DNA from: Tubulanus polymorphus | Lineage: Eukaryota > Animalia > Nemertea | Length of the DNA stretch: 64,000 nt | Assembly: GCF_964204645.1 (NCBI RefSeq) | Contig: NC_134032.1 | Location: forward strand, 1,980,416 to 2,044,415 | Direction: 5' to 3' | Part shown: positions 35,201 to 46,925 of the stretch, in pieces | Numbering within the stretch: the stretch's first letter is position 1 | Layout of the letters: the number at the start of each line of letters is the position of its first letter | Position numbers and translations under genes: made by a program | The notes under the pieces: model-generated | Told to the model about the DNA's origin: nothing | What the model saw: only the letters and a program-made list of their open reading frames with translations | The model's database searches: none

Positions 35201-38200
35201 GATTTTTACCCCTAGAAACAGGCAACGTAGGTCTCATCGAGGAGAAAGAACTCCGCGAATAACCCCTTGAAAATACGATATATACGACGCTCAGATTGCG
35301 GCGTGGTTCGTCGTGTTCCCGGTCGTATCCTGAGCTGACAGTGCGGATTGCTCAGATTGCGGTGTGGTTCGTCATGCTCCCGGTCGTATCCTGAGCCGAC
35401 AGTGCGGATCGTATATCGCTAAAATCTACTTTCAGATCTAGTTTAGAAGAGTTTTACGTCCCGACCGCGATTACTTACAGTGTAACCCGAGTGGGTCTTA
35501 AGAGACGGCGAGGGCCTTTTTATAGGTTGTTAAGCCTAGCGCACATCGACACTGCGATTGGAGACAACTAGTTGCAAGGCAGTTTTCGGCGCATGAGAGG
35601 AACTGGCTGGATAAGATCAGTTGCTTGAATGTGTTGATGTGAGCGAGCTTACGATTGGTAAGCGTTGATCTATCTCCAGTTCAAGCCAGTTGCCCATGTT
35701 CTACTTTTGAGCAACTGGTTGTACTCGATCGCAGTCATATCCGTCGATGTGCGTGTTCTGAATCTCGACGATCGACACGCGCCAAGCAGTTGCTGCAACT
35801 GACCGGTCGTAACTAGATTTCGATGTGCGCGGGGTAATCGTTCGGTAGCAACTAGTTGTCTCCAATCGCAGTGTCAATGTGTGCTAGGCTTTATGGCTCA
35901 CAACCGGACTAAGTTAGCAGAGTTTAGTCCATGTATGTGTCTCGACAGCCAACTAGGTTTCGAACTAGGGACCTCTCGGTTCCCAGTCCTCCACTCGAAC
36001 AACCAAGCTAACTGCACAGGACGCAACATACATGATCGCCGCGACTGCCTCTGATTTCGTAAGAAGGTCCCCGCGCGCAACATCTGCGGCAGAACCAGAG
36101 TCTTTATAACGATATCGGATACTGACCTGTGAGACTTTTATTCGTCGGTTCGAACGGCTCGTCGTCGCTGCTATCCTCGTCGTCCTCGATATACGGATGA
36201 GTGATACGATAATTAGACAGAGAAATCGATACTAAAAAAGAGACATTAAAAAAAAAAACTTCAGACGAATTGAATGAAATTAAGGTTTTCCGAAAAACGG
36301 TCCTATCCTAGCGTAGCGATTAGACAATTTTCTGAAAAATCTCCCAGTAACCTTTTCATCTAATTTACCCTATAACTAAACTATGAATTGAATTAATCAC
36401 TGTCTCATCCTAATATTGGACTAAATCGATTCATTTCCCATCATCTAATTTATCGCGTCGATTATGAATGACACAGACTAATTGAATTTAATGGATCGAT
36501 TAGGCCTAGAGACTAAGATCTTATCGATTAGCCTATAATCATCTTTCTGATTATGCTAAATCACAAAATGTAGGCCTCATTACGATCGACCAGCTCGCGT
36601 GGTTATGTTAATTACCAACCTACATTGATTATGATCCCATTCGAAATCATAACTCATTACGTTAGTTTTAAAACGTTCATCATTTTGATTACAAACTTAT
36701 AGCGATAAACCAAGTCTAATTAATTACAATATACCTACATTTGTTTTGACCTTTGAATTCAGTTTTTAACTAGGCCTATCACGATTAGGAACCCCATTAA
36801 TTAATTGTGTTTAACTACTTATGATAACTACTTCTCCGTTGAATTCATCATGAATCATTCCCTATCACAATATCGTAAATCACATTGATTAACCCTTTCA
36901 GTGCTAATTGATACCCTATAGTGCTGGAGATAATTTGAAAATTTAAAAAATTCCACCCCAGTGTGTTGAATAACGGGAATACCGCTATAGTGCGTCTACA
37001 CCGCAGCGCGGTGTATCGTTAGTTACTAGTATTTCACTATGTTTGACAAGTGCTGCCATTTTTCAAGAGAGATAATTACTTATTACTAATTACATCAATA
37101 CACTGCAGTGCTATGTACTAGCAACTGATTTATACGCCGCACTGATAGGGTTTAAACGAGTCAAATTATAGCTTTGCTTTGGCCATAGAATTCATCATGA
37201 ATTATCAATAATTACAATCAAATTAATCAGGATAGTTTTTACCTTTGCACTGGCCATAGAATTTATGATTACCTATATCATATATTCATAAATTCATAGA
37301 GTATCAATAATTACAATTTGAAATCATATTGTTAAACAGTGTCTGATTAATTACAATAATTACCTTTGCTCTGACCGTTGAATTTATCCTCCTGTTTTTT
37401 CAGACATTTGTCGTATTCTTTGTCGTATTCGTATTGTAACATCTGAGCGAGCAGGAAGTCGTCTGACGTGCCGCCGCCGACGCCTCCTCCGCCGCTCACA
37501 TCGTCGTTTTCAGCCAAATTGATTAAATGCGAAAAATTGCTCAAATCTCCGCTGAAAAAGCCAAATTATCAAGACTTGGAATGGAGTTCTGAATATAGAC
37601 CAGACACAGTCCGAGTAAAATCAGATCCCTTCAGAATTCTAGCCAAAATATATTGTGTTTTATAGGCCTAGTCTAGGCCTATATTTTATTGTCTTTTTTG
37701 GAATATTTCACTAATTTTTCAGAACATAAAATTGGTCTAAAGAGGACTCGCTTAATTGTTCAGAATTCTAACCAAATATATTGTGTTTTATAGTCTTGAA
37801 CTATATTTTATTGTCTAGTCTGTCAACCTTTTTTGGAATATTTCACTAAATTTTTGAGTTTGGTCTAGAGAGGACTCTTGGAATTGTGCAGTCCAAATGA
37901 AGCATCATTTTCGCTATTCTGCAATGTTTTTTTAGGATTGTCAAAAATACTTTTTTTTAAACTCAAGTTGAATAGAGAAATGACAAGATTTTTTTAACGT
38001 TTACCAATACGTTTATTACGTGTCTCTTGTCTTACAAAAAACCATGATTTTTGGCGATTTCGAAAATATCTCAACTAGTAGGCGGCACGGCACACAATAT
38101 CATTTAAATTATTTTGGCCCCAAGAATAAAAGAACACTTTTCAATAATCCTTAGGTGAAACAAGTCACTGACGATACAAACAGGAGTCAGTTGCTTAAAA

Positions 38201-38825
38201 GTTGGTTTGAGATAACCGGCGAAAAATAGTAACAATGAACTTTTAATTGTCACTATGTTAACCATCTACTGATTAACACTAGGCGGCCTAACCAACTTTT
38301 TCGAGCAAATGACCCTCCAGGCCCTCAAGCTCAACTGGTCCTCGAGGCTTTCAGGCTCATCTGGTCCTCGAGGCTTTCAGGCTCAACTGGCCCTTGAGAC
38401 TTTCAGGCTCAACTGGCCCTCGAGGCCCTCAAGCTCAACCGGCCCTCAAGCTCATCTGGTCCTCGAGGCCCTCAGGCTCAGGCTCATCTGGTCCTCGAGG
38501 CCCTCAGGCTCAACTGGTCCTCGAGGCCCTCAGGCTCAACTGGTCCTCGAGCTTAACTGCATCAATTGAATTATAAATACCTGTCACTGATAACAGCCGA
38601 TTCCACTGTCTCCTGTTGAAGTTGCCGTGCCAACTGTTCGCTCATTACATCCTCCAGAGACACGGCATTGTTACCGACAGCAACCGATTGTTGACTGCCT
38701 CGACCCCACGGCGATACGGGCGGCGGTAGTTCCACGCGCGTAACAGCTATCGGAGCCCACGGGCACTTACTACCGGTGCCCGCGACTTTCGACGACGGAG
38801 TTTCTACGACAGTTCCCGTTTCCAT
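26242..38825 (-). CDS. RIOK3: Serine/threonine-protein kinase RIO3
   Basis: Eleven phase-compatible exons: 38825-38581, 37551-37364, 36231-36127, 33969-33860, 33404-33261, 32650-32523, 30255-30064, 29057-28898, 28241-28071, 27256-27152, 26487-26242. RIO motifs STGKESVVFHA, ALKVFKT, HADLSEYNLL, IDVSQAV; RIOK3-type N-terminus (SLEDVMSEQLA, DFLLAQMLQ, TTKHD...GRRNA). Confidence 0.95.
26679..26800. mobile_element. Palindromic MITE family J; also 38188-38310 and 47750-47920
   Basis: GTTGCTCAAAAGTTGGTTA...TAACCAACTTTTGAGCAAC termini. Confidence 0.7.
26833..26930 (+). mobile_element. CR1/L2-clade LINE ORF2 C-terminal fragment
   Basis: Translates NRVVN....NDLTSSVVSAPTLNRFRRRLD, matching the RVVNxWNxLPxxVVxAxSLxxFKxxLD end motif. 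Confidence 0.65.
28331..28611. mobile_element. piggyBac-type MITE (family C)
   Basis: TTAA-CCCTTTCAGTGC...GCACTGAAAGGG-TTAA. Confidence 0.9.
29732..30016. mobile_element. piggyBac-type MITE (family C), eroded ends
   Basis: Body matches 30446-30732. Confidence 0.8.
30446..30732. mobile_element. piggyBac-type MITE (family C)
   Basis: TTAA TSD and full TIRs. Confidence 0.9.
31763..31904. repeat. Near-perfect hairpin (about 62-bp arms, 17-nt loop)
   Basis: GGGTTAAATGAAGAGAA...CATGCCTAC / GTAGGCATG...TTCTCTTCATTTAACCC. Confidence 0.85.
31910..32492. repeat. About 105-bp tandem repeat, three units, self-complementary
   Basis: TAACCCGCGGGCTA..TCAAGTGATAATGAATTGAGTTAGCCCCCGGGTTAAAGGTAATACCGGTCTATAAA recurs three times. 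Confidence 0.88.
32073..32360. mobile_element. piggyBac-type MITE (family C) nested in a tandem repeat
   Basis: TTAA TSD; the uninterrupted host unit (CCCCGGGTTAAAGGTAATACC) is visible near 31957-31978. Confidence 0.92.
33437..33717. mobile_element. piggyBac-type MITE (family C)
   Basis: Reverse-orientation copy ending GCACTGAAAGGG-TTAA. Confidence 0.82.
33983..34309 (-). mobile_element. Full-length tRNA-derived SINE with CORE-like central motif and (TTA)n tail
   Basis: Minus strand: A box (TGCCCGAGCGG), B box (GGTTCGAACCC), GTGTCCTCGGGCAAGACACTT, CAGCAGTAAATGGGTACC, and a TTA repeat tail. Confidence 0.82.
34452..34638. mobile_element. Inverted duplication of a Penelope-like element end containing a minimal hammerhead-like core
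   Basis: About 90-bp arms meeting at 34544; the right arm starts CTGACGA-T-GATCTC-TAGGGT-GAGATC-GAAACGTCGT. Confidence 0.55.
35533..35890. mobile_element. PIF/Harbinger MITE (family D) nested in a SINE-like repeat
   Basis: Same TIR, TTA on both flanks; the uninterrupted host is visible at about 22680-22910. Confidence 0.88.
36893..37150. mobile_element. piggyBac-type MITE (family C), internal deletion
   Basis: TTAA-CCCTTTCAGTGC start; body matches the family. Confidence 0.82.
38318..38552. repeat. About 26-bp minisatellite (GGCCCTCAGGCTCAACTGGTCCTCGA) next to the RIOK3 exon 1 donor
   Basis: Direct inspection. Confidence 0.9.
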
Positions 38826-39741
38826 GGTTATGCGATGAGTTTTTGGCAGTGAATTTTCAAAAAAAGAAATTCGGATGATTTTTTTCTGTTTTAAAGCTTC
38901 TCGGATTTTTCTTTCCACAAGTTGGAAAATAAGAATGCTAGTCCGGCAGAGACAGCGTAGGCCCACAACGAAAACTAGTTATTTTCCGGTGCGCTACCTG
39001 ACTGACTGTGTTTTTTTTACTTCTTGTACTTCGTACGTGAGGCTTCTTTCCAGTTTCCGTGTCAGTCACTTCGCTGTGTAGTTGTTTTTCTTGAAATCCC
39101 CGCAACTGTCTTTTGACTGTTTTGGCGTCGCTTTCTGCCTCTAAATACCGAGTGTCTCTTACGGAGTGTTCCTGCAATATCTTCACCACGCTCCGAAATT
39201 TAAGTTATGAAATTTTCTACACCGGTTTTCGGCTATTTATCGGCTAAAAATACTATAGAAACGAAATTTTGGGGACGAATTTCGACCCGGAAATGAAAAA
39301 TGGTGCAATATCAGCTCCACAGATTCGAAGTGATTGCGCGCGCAGTGGTGACGATAAATGGACTGGTTGCCTGTCCGATTCAATATTAGACTGATTTGCT
39401 TGTCACCGGTAACCAGTCTAATTTCATGTAGACCGATTACCGGTACAGGCAACCAGTCTAATACAAATGTTAAGACCGTCAACCAGTCTATATGTAATAT
39501 TCGATAAAAACCGATTAAATTCTGATCGTAAAACTCGGCTAATTATTTCTACAAACGCGCAAAAATATTAATTTGTTTTAGTTTGTTGTCTAAAAAATCC
39601 TTGACAAATTTTAAAATTGCATGGTCAGTTTAAACAAATGTTCGGGATTCGAACCTACCGGACCCGCTCCCGCGACTTCTAATCCTCTGAAAATCGGTTT
39701 TTATTTTCTTGCTGTTTTCTGCTGAATTTACCGCTATCACG
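38826..39741. promoter_or_regulatory. Probable bidirectional promoter and 5' UTRs of RIOK3 and CETN3
   Basis: The two start codons diverge and are about 0.9 kb apart. Confidence 0.7.
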
Positions 39742-42700
39742 ATGAGTTTATCATTGAGGTAGGTTTTAAATTTTATTCCATACTTTTGTACACATTTTAG
39801 AGATAATTTTGGATCTTTTTAAGACGCTACTTTCACTCGAAATGCTCTTTAAATTCAATTCAATTCAATACAAAGTAGTATTTTGTTTAATGAATCGAAG
39901 TAATCATACTTAATCCCGGGTTCGAAAATTGAACCTAAATAAAGCTAAATAGAAGCATGTGTGCATTAATTATGTGTCATTTTTACCCCTCGCGCTTAAA
40001 CTCATCCTCGCTTGCCAGGGTTCAGCGGGCGGCAATCAACAAAACACTGACTGGAAAGCGAGGATGCTCAAACACCAAATTTGAAAATAGTGGACCAAAC
40101 TAATTTAGTCAGTTACTGGACTAGGTTTAGTCAGTAACTAGACTATGATTTAGTCAGTAACTAGACTATGATTTAGATAGTAACCGAACTGATTTAGTCA
40201 GTAACTAGACTATGATTTAGCCAGTAACCAAACTGATTTAGTCAGTAACTAGACTATGATTTAGTCAGTAACCGAACTGATTTAGTCAGTAACTAGACTA
40301 TGATTTAGCCAGTAACCGAACTGATTTAGTCAGTAACTAGACTATGATTTAGCCAGTAACCGAACTGATTTAGTCAGTAACTAGACTATAATTTAGCCAG
40401 TAACCGAACTGATTTAGTCAGTAACTAGACTATAATTTAGCCAGTAACCGAACTGATTTAGTCAGTAACTAGACTATAATTTAGCCAGTAACCGAACTGA
40501 TTTAGCCAGTAACTAGACTATAATTTAGTCAGTAACCAAACTGATTTAGTCAATAACTGGACTATGATTTAGCCAGTAACCAAACTGATTTAGCCAGTTA
40601 CTGGACTATGATTAAGCCAGTAACCGAACTGATTTAGTCAGTAACTAGACTATGATTTAGTCAGTAACTAGACTATGATTTAGCCAGTAACCGAACTGAT
40701 TTAGTCAGTAACTAGACTATAATTTAGCCAGTAACCGAACTGATTTAGTCAGTAACTAGACTATAATTTAGCCAGTAACCGAACTGATTTAGTCAGTAAC
40801 TAGACTATAATTTAGCCAGTAACCGAACTGATTTAGTCAGTAACTAGACTATAATTTAGCCAGTAACCGAACTGATTTAGCCAGTAACTAGACTATAATT
40901 TAGTCAGTAACCAAACTGATTTAGTCAATACCTGGACTATGATTCTATTTTGTTGTTTCAGGACTGATTTCGCGTTTGAGAAAGCTAAACGAAAAAAGCG
41001 TCGTGAATTAAGTGATGAACAAAAAGAGGAAATAAAAGAAGCTTTTGAATTGTTTGATACGGATAAAGATAAAGCCATTGATTACCACGAATTAAAGGTA
41101 AAGTTTATTTTCACAGTCCCCTCTCTCACTGCCTCTCACTACCTCTCACTACCTCTCTCTCTACCTCTCTCTCTCTCCCTCCCCTCTCTCACTACCTCTC
41201 TTCCTCTTCCTCTCACTACCTCTCTCCCTCTCACTACCTCTATACCTCCTCTGACTACCTCTCTTCCTCGCACTACCTCTCTTCCTCTCACTACCTCTTT
41301 CCCACTCACTACCTCTCCCTCTCATTACCTCTCTCCCTCTCACGACCTCTCTCCCTCCTCCCTCTCACTACCTCTATACCTCCTCTCACTACTCCCTCCT
41401 CTCTACCTACTCCCTCCTCTCACTACCTCTCTACCTCCTCTCACTACTCCCTCCTCTCTACCTACTCCCTCCTCTCTACCTACTCCCTCCTCTCACTACC
41501 TCTCTCCCTCTCACTACCTCTCTCACTACCTCTCTCCCTCCTCCCTCTCACTACCTCTCACTACCTCTATACCTCCTCTCACTACTCCCTCCTCTCTACC
41601 TACTCCCTCCTCTCTACCTACTCCCTCCTCTCACTACCTCTCTCCCTCTCACTACCTCTCTCACTACCTCTCTCCCTCCTCCCTCTCACTACCTCTCACT
41701 ACCTCTATACCTCCTCTCACTACTCCCTCCTCTCTACCTACTCCCTCCTCTCACTACCTCTCTCACTACCTCTATACCTCCTCTCACTACTCCCTCCTCT
41801 CTACCTACTCCCTCCTCTCTACCTACTCCCTCCTCTCACTACCTCTCTACCTCCTCTCACTACCTCTCTCCCTCTCACTACCTCTCTCACTACCTCTCTC
41901 CCTCCTCCCTCTCACTACCTCTCACTACCTCTATACCTCCTCTCACTACTCCCTCCTCTCTACCTACTCCCTCCTCTCTACCTACTCCCTCCTCTCTACC
42001 TACTCCCTCCTCTCACTACCTCTCTACCTCCTCCCTCTCACTACCTCTATACCTCCTCTCACTACTCCCTCCTCTCTACCTACTCCCTCCTCTCTACCTA
42101 CTCCCTCCTCTCTACCTACTCCCTCCTCTCTACCTACTCCCTCCTCTCACTACCTCTCTCCCTCTCACTACCTCTCTCCCTCCTCCCTCTCACTACCTCT
42201 ATACCTCCTCTCACTACTCCCTCCTCTCTACCTACTCCCTCCTCTCACTACCTCTCTCACTACCTCTATACCTCCTCTCACTACTCCCTCCTCTCTACCT
42301 ACTCCCTCCTCTCTACCTACTCCCTCCTCTCACTACCTCTCTCCCTCTCACTACCTCTCTCACTACCTCTCTCCCTCCTCCCTCTTACTACCTCTCACTA
42401 CCTCTATACCTCCTCTCACTACTCCCTCCTCTCTACCTACTCCCTCCTCTCACTACCTCTCTACCTCCTCCCTCTTACTCCCTCCTCTCACTACCTCTCT
42501 ACCTCCTCTCACTACTCCCTCCTCTCTACCTACTCCCTCCTCTCACTACCTCTCTCACTACCTCTCTCCCTCTCACTACCTCTCTCACTACCTCTCTCCC
42601 TCCTCCCTCTCACTACCTCTCTCACTACCTCTCTCCCTCTCACTACCTCTCTCACTACCTCTCTCCCTCCTCCCTCTCACTACCTCTCACTACCTCTATA

Positions 42701-43759
42701 CCTCCTCTCACTACTCCCTCCTCTCTACCTACTCCCTCCTCTCTACCTACTCCCTCCTCTCTACCTACTCCCTCCTCTCACTACCTCTCTACCTCCTCTC
42801 TACCTACTCCCTCCTCTCACTACCTCTCTACCTCCTCTCACTACTCCCTCCTCTCTACCTACTCCCTCCTCTCTACCTACTCCCTCCTCTCTACCTACTC
42901 CCTCCTCTCACTACCTCTCTACCTCCTCCCTCTCACTCCCTCCTCTCACTACCTCTCTCCCTCTCATAGAAGATCCCCGTTCTATCCGTTTATATAAACT
43001 GATATTATGAATTTTGTCTCATTCCTTGATGACGGTGTTTGTCGAAAAACCGAAAATTTGGATTTTAAGATAACTGTAAACCTTTCAATATTATTTCAAC
43101 TCGGGATCTCGCGACGGAAGCTCCACCTATATTCGGCATTGGAACCGTATTAACTGTGTTTTTTAAGTCAATGATCGGAACGTATTTTACGTTTGACACT
43201 ATAGGTGGCGATGCGAGCGCTGGGTTTCGACGTGAAGAAAGCGGACGTGTTGAAAGTGATGAAAGATTACGATCGAGAAAATACCGGCCGGATTCACTTT
43301 GATGATTTCAACGAATTCAGTGAGTAGAATAAATAGTGAATGTTATATCATTTCCGAGAATCTTATGGTAACAGTTGGATTTGGGGCGGGGGGGGGGTTA
43401 GATTGAGACTAGTGGACTAGTAGGTAAGTTATTTTTTTTTGCTCCACTGTGACTGTCTGGTGGGCGGAGCTGTAGGGGAGGGGGTGATGAGTTGTCCTCT
43501 GTCCATCATCAACGTTTATTTGTATCGCATTTTTCTCGGTAAATGTCATGGGTCTACGTTCACAAAAAAACTTGCTGTATGGAGTTCACCTTGGTAACCC
43601 ATTGTTGGCTGTCGGATAATTTTTCAATAGGACTACCGCTAGCGCCACCAGGTGGCGTTTTGTAAAAATTTGTGTCTTACAGGCTGGTGGTTGTGTCCCG
43701 CGGGACTTGTCTCTAAATATGAGTTAATCTCTCTCTCCCTCTCTCTCCTCCCTCTCTCT

Positions 43760-43826
<67 letters not shown>

Positions 43827-45820
43827 GTCTCACACAGTTCTCTCTCTTGTATAGTGACTGATATGATGCTGGAACGAGATCCGCAGGAAGAGATTCTGAA
43901 AGCGTTTCGATTGTTCGACGACGACGACTCGGGAAAAATCAGCATCCGAAATTTACGACGAGTCGCGCGGTAAAATCTCATTATTCATAGAAATTCATTC
44001 CAATTGCCACGATCGGAATTAAGCAAAAAATGTAAAATTAAAAAAAAACGATGTTAAGATTTATCGTAAAATCTGAATTTTTCGGTTTTGGCTAAAAAGA
44101 AAATTTTCAAGAAATGACCTGGAATAGATATTTTAACAACACAATTTCAAAAAGTTATAAATTATCAACGGTTCACACGTATTCAGGACTTCGCCCGGGA
44201 CATTTTTACGCTTGAATGCTTGAAAAAGTCGTTTTATACGGAGGGGTGTATTTACAAGCCGTCGATTATCTATCGTACCTGTGTTACACTGAAAAAAAAA
44301 ACTCAATCCATACATCATAATTTCATTCGACATTTTCTACCATTTCATGTGATTTGTTTCGTTCTGATATTTGCAGAGATTTAGGAGAGAATATGACGGA
44401 TGATGAACTGAGGGCGATGATCGATGAATTCGACAAGGACGGAGATGGAGAAAGTAAGTGAACAAGTTCCTGCTACTACGTAAACCTTCTATATCCAGGG
44501 TGCGATCTAAGCACTTGTCCGATTGCCCGGGACAAGTATATTCTCATCGGGGCAAGTAGGTTATCATTATCACTTGTCCGCCGGGCTAGTGCAATTTAAT
44601 GTCACAAAGCTTTTACAAGAAAACTAAATACATTGCAAAAAATTTCCTCGTCTGAGAGATTTCTTTAATTATAAACTAGCTTATTTCACAAATGTTACAT
44701 TTGAAACAAAGCAGGGTGCGATCTAAGCACTTGTCCGATTGCCCGGGACAAGTATATTTTCATTTGGGCAAGTAGGTTAGCGTTATCACTTGTCCGCCGG
44801 GCTAGTGCAATTTTACGTCTCAAAGCTTTTTTTCGCGCTATATAGGGCAAGTTGATATTTGAGGGGGCGAGCGAAATTTCGGATATACTTGCCCCACGGG
44901 CGAGTGACTTTAATCCGTTAGATCGAACTCTCATATCGATAAATGCCTCCCTGTATCCCCCTATGAGATCATCGATTTGACCCATGGTCCGATTGATGTA
45001 AAAAGGGAAAACTATGAAAAATTGATTTTCGCTTCGAAAATTGTATAAAAAAAATGCGGATAATTTGAAAATCTGCGAACGATTCCAGATATCGTCAAAC
45101 CCATTAGCACTCAAGCCGCCCGTATCCACCCTGACTATTACTCCTCAAGCCGCCCGAATCTGCCCGACACTTTTTTCGTATGCTGCTCAAAAACGGTTAT
45201 AATGGGATTCGAACCCAATAGCTTATGATAAACTACACACCTAAGTCCTCGAAATCCAAACAGAAATCAACATCCTCCTATCTCAATTTCTCGAGTATTT
45301 CGAGTTTGAACATGACACATCTGAGCGCTCACTTCAAATCCAAGTAAGTTTGGATGAATTTCGGGGGGGGGGGCCAAAAGGACACGATTTTGGTGGCCCA
45401 CCTTATCAAATCTTTCATCATATGAAAGCCTTGACTTTTTACTACAAAATAACACTAACTTGTAATGCATGGAAATAAACAGCAAATGAGCTATTCAGTA
45501 TCGAGATGAACTTGGATTTTACCTTGAATTTTCTGAGGAGTAATTGACACTACATAGTGCAATTCCTGAGTGCTAATGGGTTGATATGAAAAAATTCGGT
45601 GGAAAATAATGTGAAAAATTCTGGTAGTTTTTGTGCTAATTGTAGCCAATTTAAAGATGTGAAAATAAAAATAAAGAGAATTCCACCAGAGTTCATCATT
45701 GACTCCTTCCTGTTGCTTCCACTCCCGAGTTTCTGCTTAAAAAATTTTTTTTATTGTATTAAATTGTAATTTACAGTTAATGAAGGAGAGTTTGTTTCGA
45801 TCATGACCGGAGACACTTAA
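39742..45820 (+). CDS. CETN3: Centrin-3 (EF-hand protein)
   Basis: Exons 39742-39758, 40962-41097, 43205-43319, 43855-43969, 44377-44453, 45777-45820 give [68 protein letters not shown]...[58 protein letters not shown], the CETN3/Cdc31 subfamily signature. Confidence 0.97.
40095..40943. repeat. Minisatellite of alternating subunits (ACTAGACTATGATTTAGCCAGTA / ACCGAACTGATTTAGTCAGTA) filling CETN3 intron 1
   Basis: Direct inspection; ends about 20 nt before the exon 2 acceptor. Confidence 0.95.
41118..42966. repeat. 1.85-kb C/T-rich, almost G-free complex minisatellite in CETN3 intron 2
   Basis: Built from CTCTCACTAC, CTCCCTCCT and CTCTACCTA units. Confidence 0.97.
43728..43824. repeat. (CT)n microsatellite before the CETN3 exon 4 acceptor
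   Basis: Direct inspection. Confidence 0.95.
45101..45580. mobile_element. Second piggyBac-type MITE (TIR CCCATTAGCACTCA) with an approx. 200-bp nested insert; partial copy without the insert at 10917-11182
   Basis: Inverted termini; the 11178 end is followed by TTAA; the two copies align either side of the insert. Confidence 0.7.
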
Positions 45821-46219
45821 AAAAACCGATCAGAAAACGACGATAACAAAACTGCTGTCGAAAACAGGTTAGTTCTCGAAATATCCGTGGATATATTTCG
45901 ACGAGAAATTCGATTCGATTTTGCAAAAAAAAAAAAAGATTGTTTTTTATTCTTTTTCATCGTTAACGTTTCAGATGTGCGCATGTTTTTGATTTGATAC
46001 TACACAATTTTTAGCCGTATTGCATTTATCAGGTTCTCGTATCCACGTGAAAACCAGTCGGAAATTAACTTGCGACTTCCTATTGATTTGAAAGTCCGCT
46101 ACTTAAGTCATCTGCTACGATTGTCATTACGTTTACGTCCAATCCAAATGACAATTTACACTTAGTAAATTGTTATTTGAAATACAGTTAACCTTGCGAC
46201 AGTCGGATAATCGCTTATG

Positions 46220-46479
46220 CAGGGTCCGATCTAAGCACTTGACCGATTGCCCGGGATAAGTATATTCACATCAGGGCAAGAAGATTATCATTTATCACTT
46301 GTCCCCCGGGCTAGTGCAATTTTATGTCACGAAGCTTTTTTCCAACTCGATACAACGGATGATAGCGCCACCGATCGGACTGCCTGTGTAGGGCAAGTAG
46401 CTTTTGGAGGGGGCAAGCGAAATTTCAGATATGCTTGTCCCCTCGGACAAGTGGCTTTTATTCCTTAGATCGGACCCTG
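46220..46479. mobile_element. hAT-like MITE (family F)
   Basis: Perfect 16-bp TIR; reverse orientation to the 3697 copy. Confidence 0.78.
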
Positions 46480-46643
46480 CTGATATCGGATGGATTCTGA
46501 TTGTCCCGAATTTTCCTTATCTCTTTTTCTCGAAGAAACCTATATTCCGAAGAATAGAATGCGGAAAAGAAAAATAAACCCGGAATATTCCGGCGCTTTT
46601 ATATATCATTTCCTGTAGATGTTGATTTAATTTTTACGTTTAA

Positions 46644-46925
46644 CCCTTTCAGTGCTGACTAATCAATACCCGTATAGTGCTGGAGATAATTCGAAAATTT
46701 TGAAAAATTCCGCCCTAGTGTGTTGAATTACGGGAATACCACTATAGTGCGTCTACACCGCGGTGCAGTGTATCGTTAGTTACTAGTATTTCACTATCTT
46801 TGACAGTTGCTGCCATCTTTCAATAGAGATAATTACTAATTACATCAATATACCACAGTGCTGTGTACTAGCAAAATCCATCACTGATTTATACACCGCA
46901 CTGCGGTGTAGAAGCACTGAAAGGG
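46644..46925. mobile_element. piggyBac-type MITE (family C)
   Basis: TTAA-CCCTTTCAGTGC...GCACTGAAAGGG. Confidence 0.85.

Noticed and set aside
38309-38576. Gly/Pro/Arg-rich collagen-like ORFs
   Set aside because: Translation of an intronic minisatellite, antisense to RIOK3.
40095-40943. Regular repeat array resembling CRISPR
   Set aside because: No unique spacers, units are head-to-tail variants, the context is a eukaryotic intron, and there are no cas genes.
40939-42969. 676-aa ORF starting with centrin sequence
   Set aside because: Only 40962-41097 is exon. The rest is read-through into a G-poor minisatellite that can hardly form stop codons, and the centrin frame continues properly at 43205.
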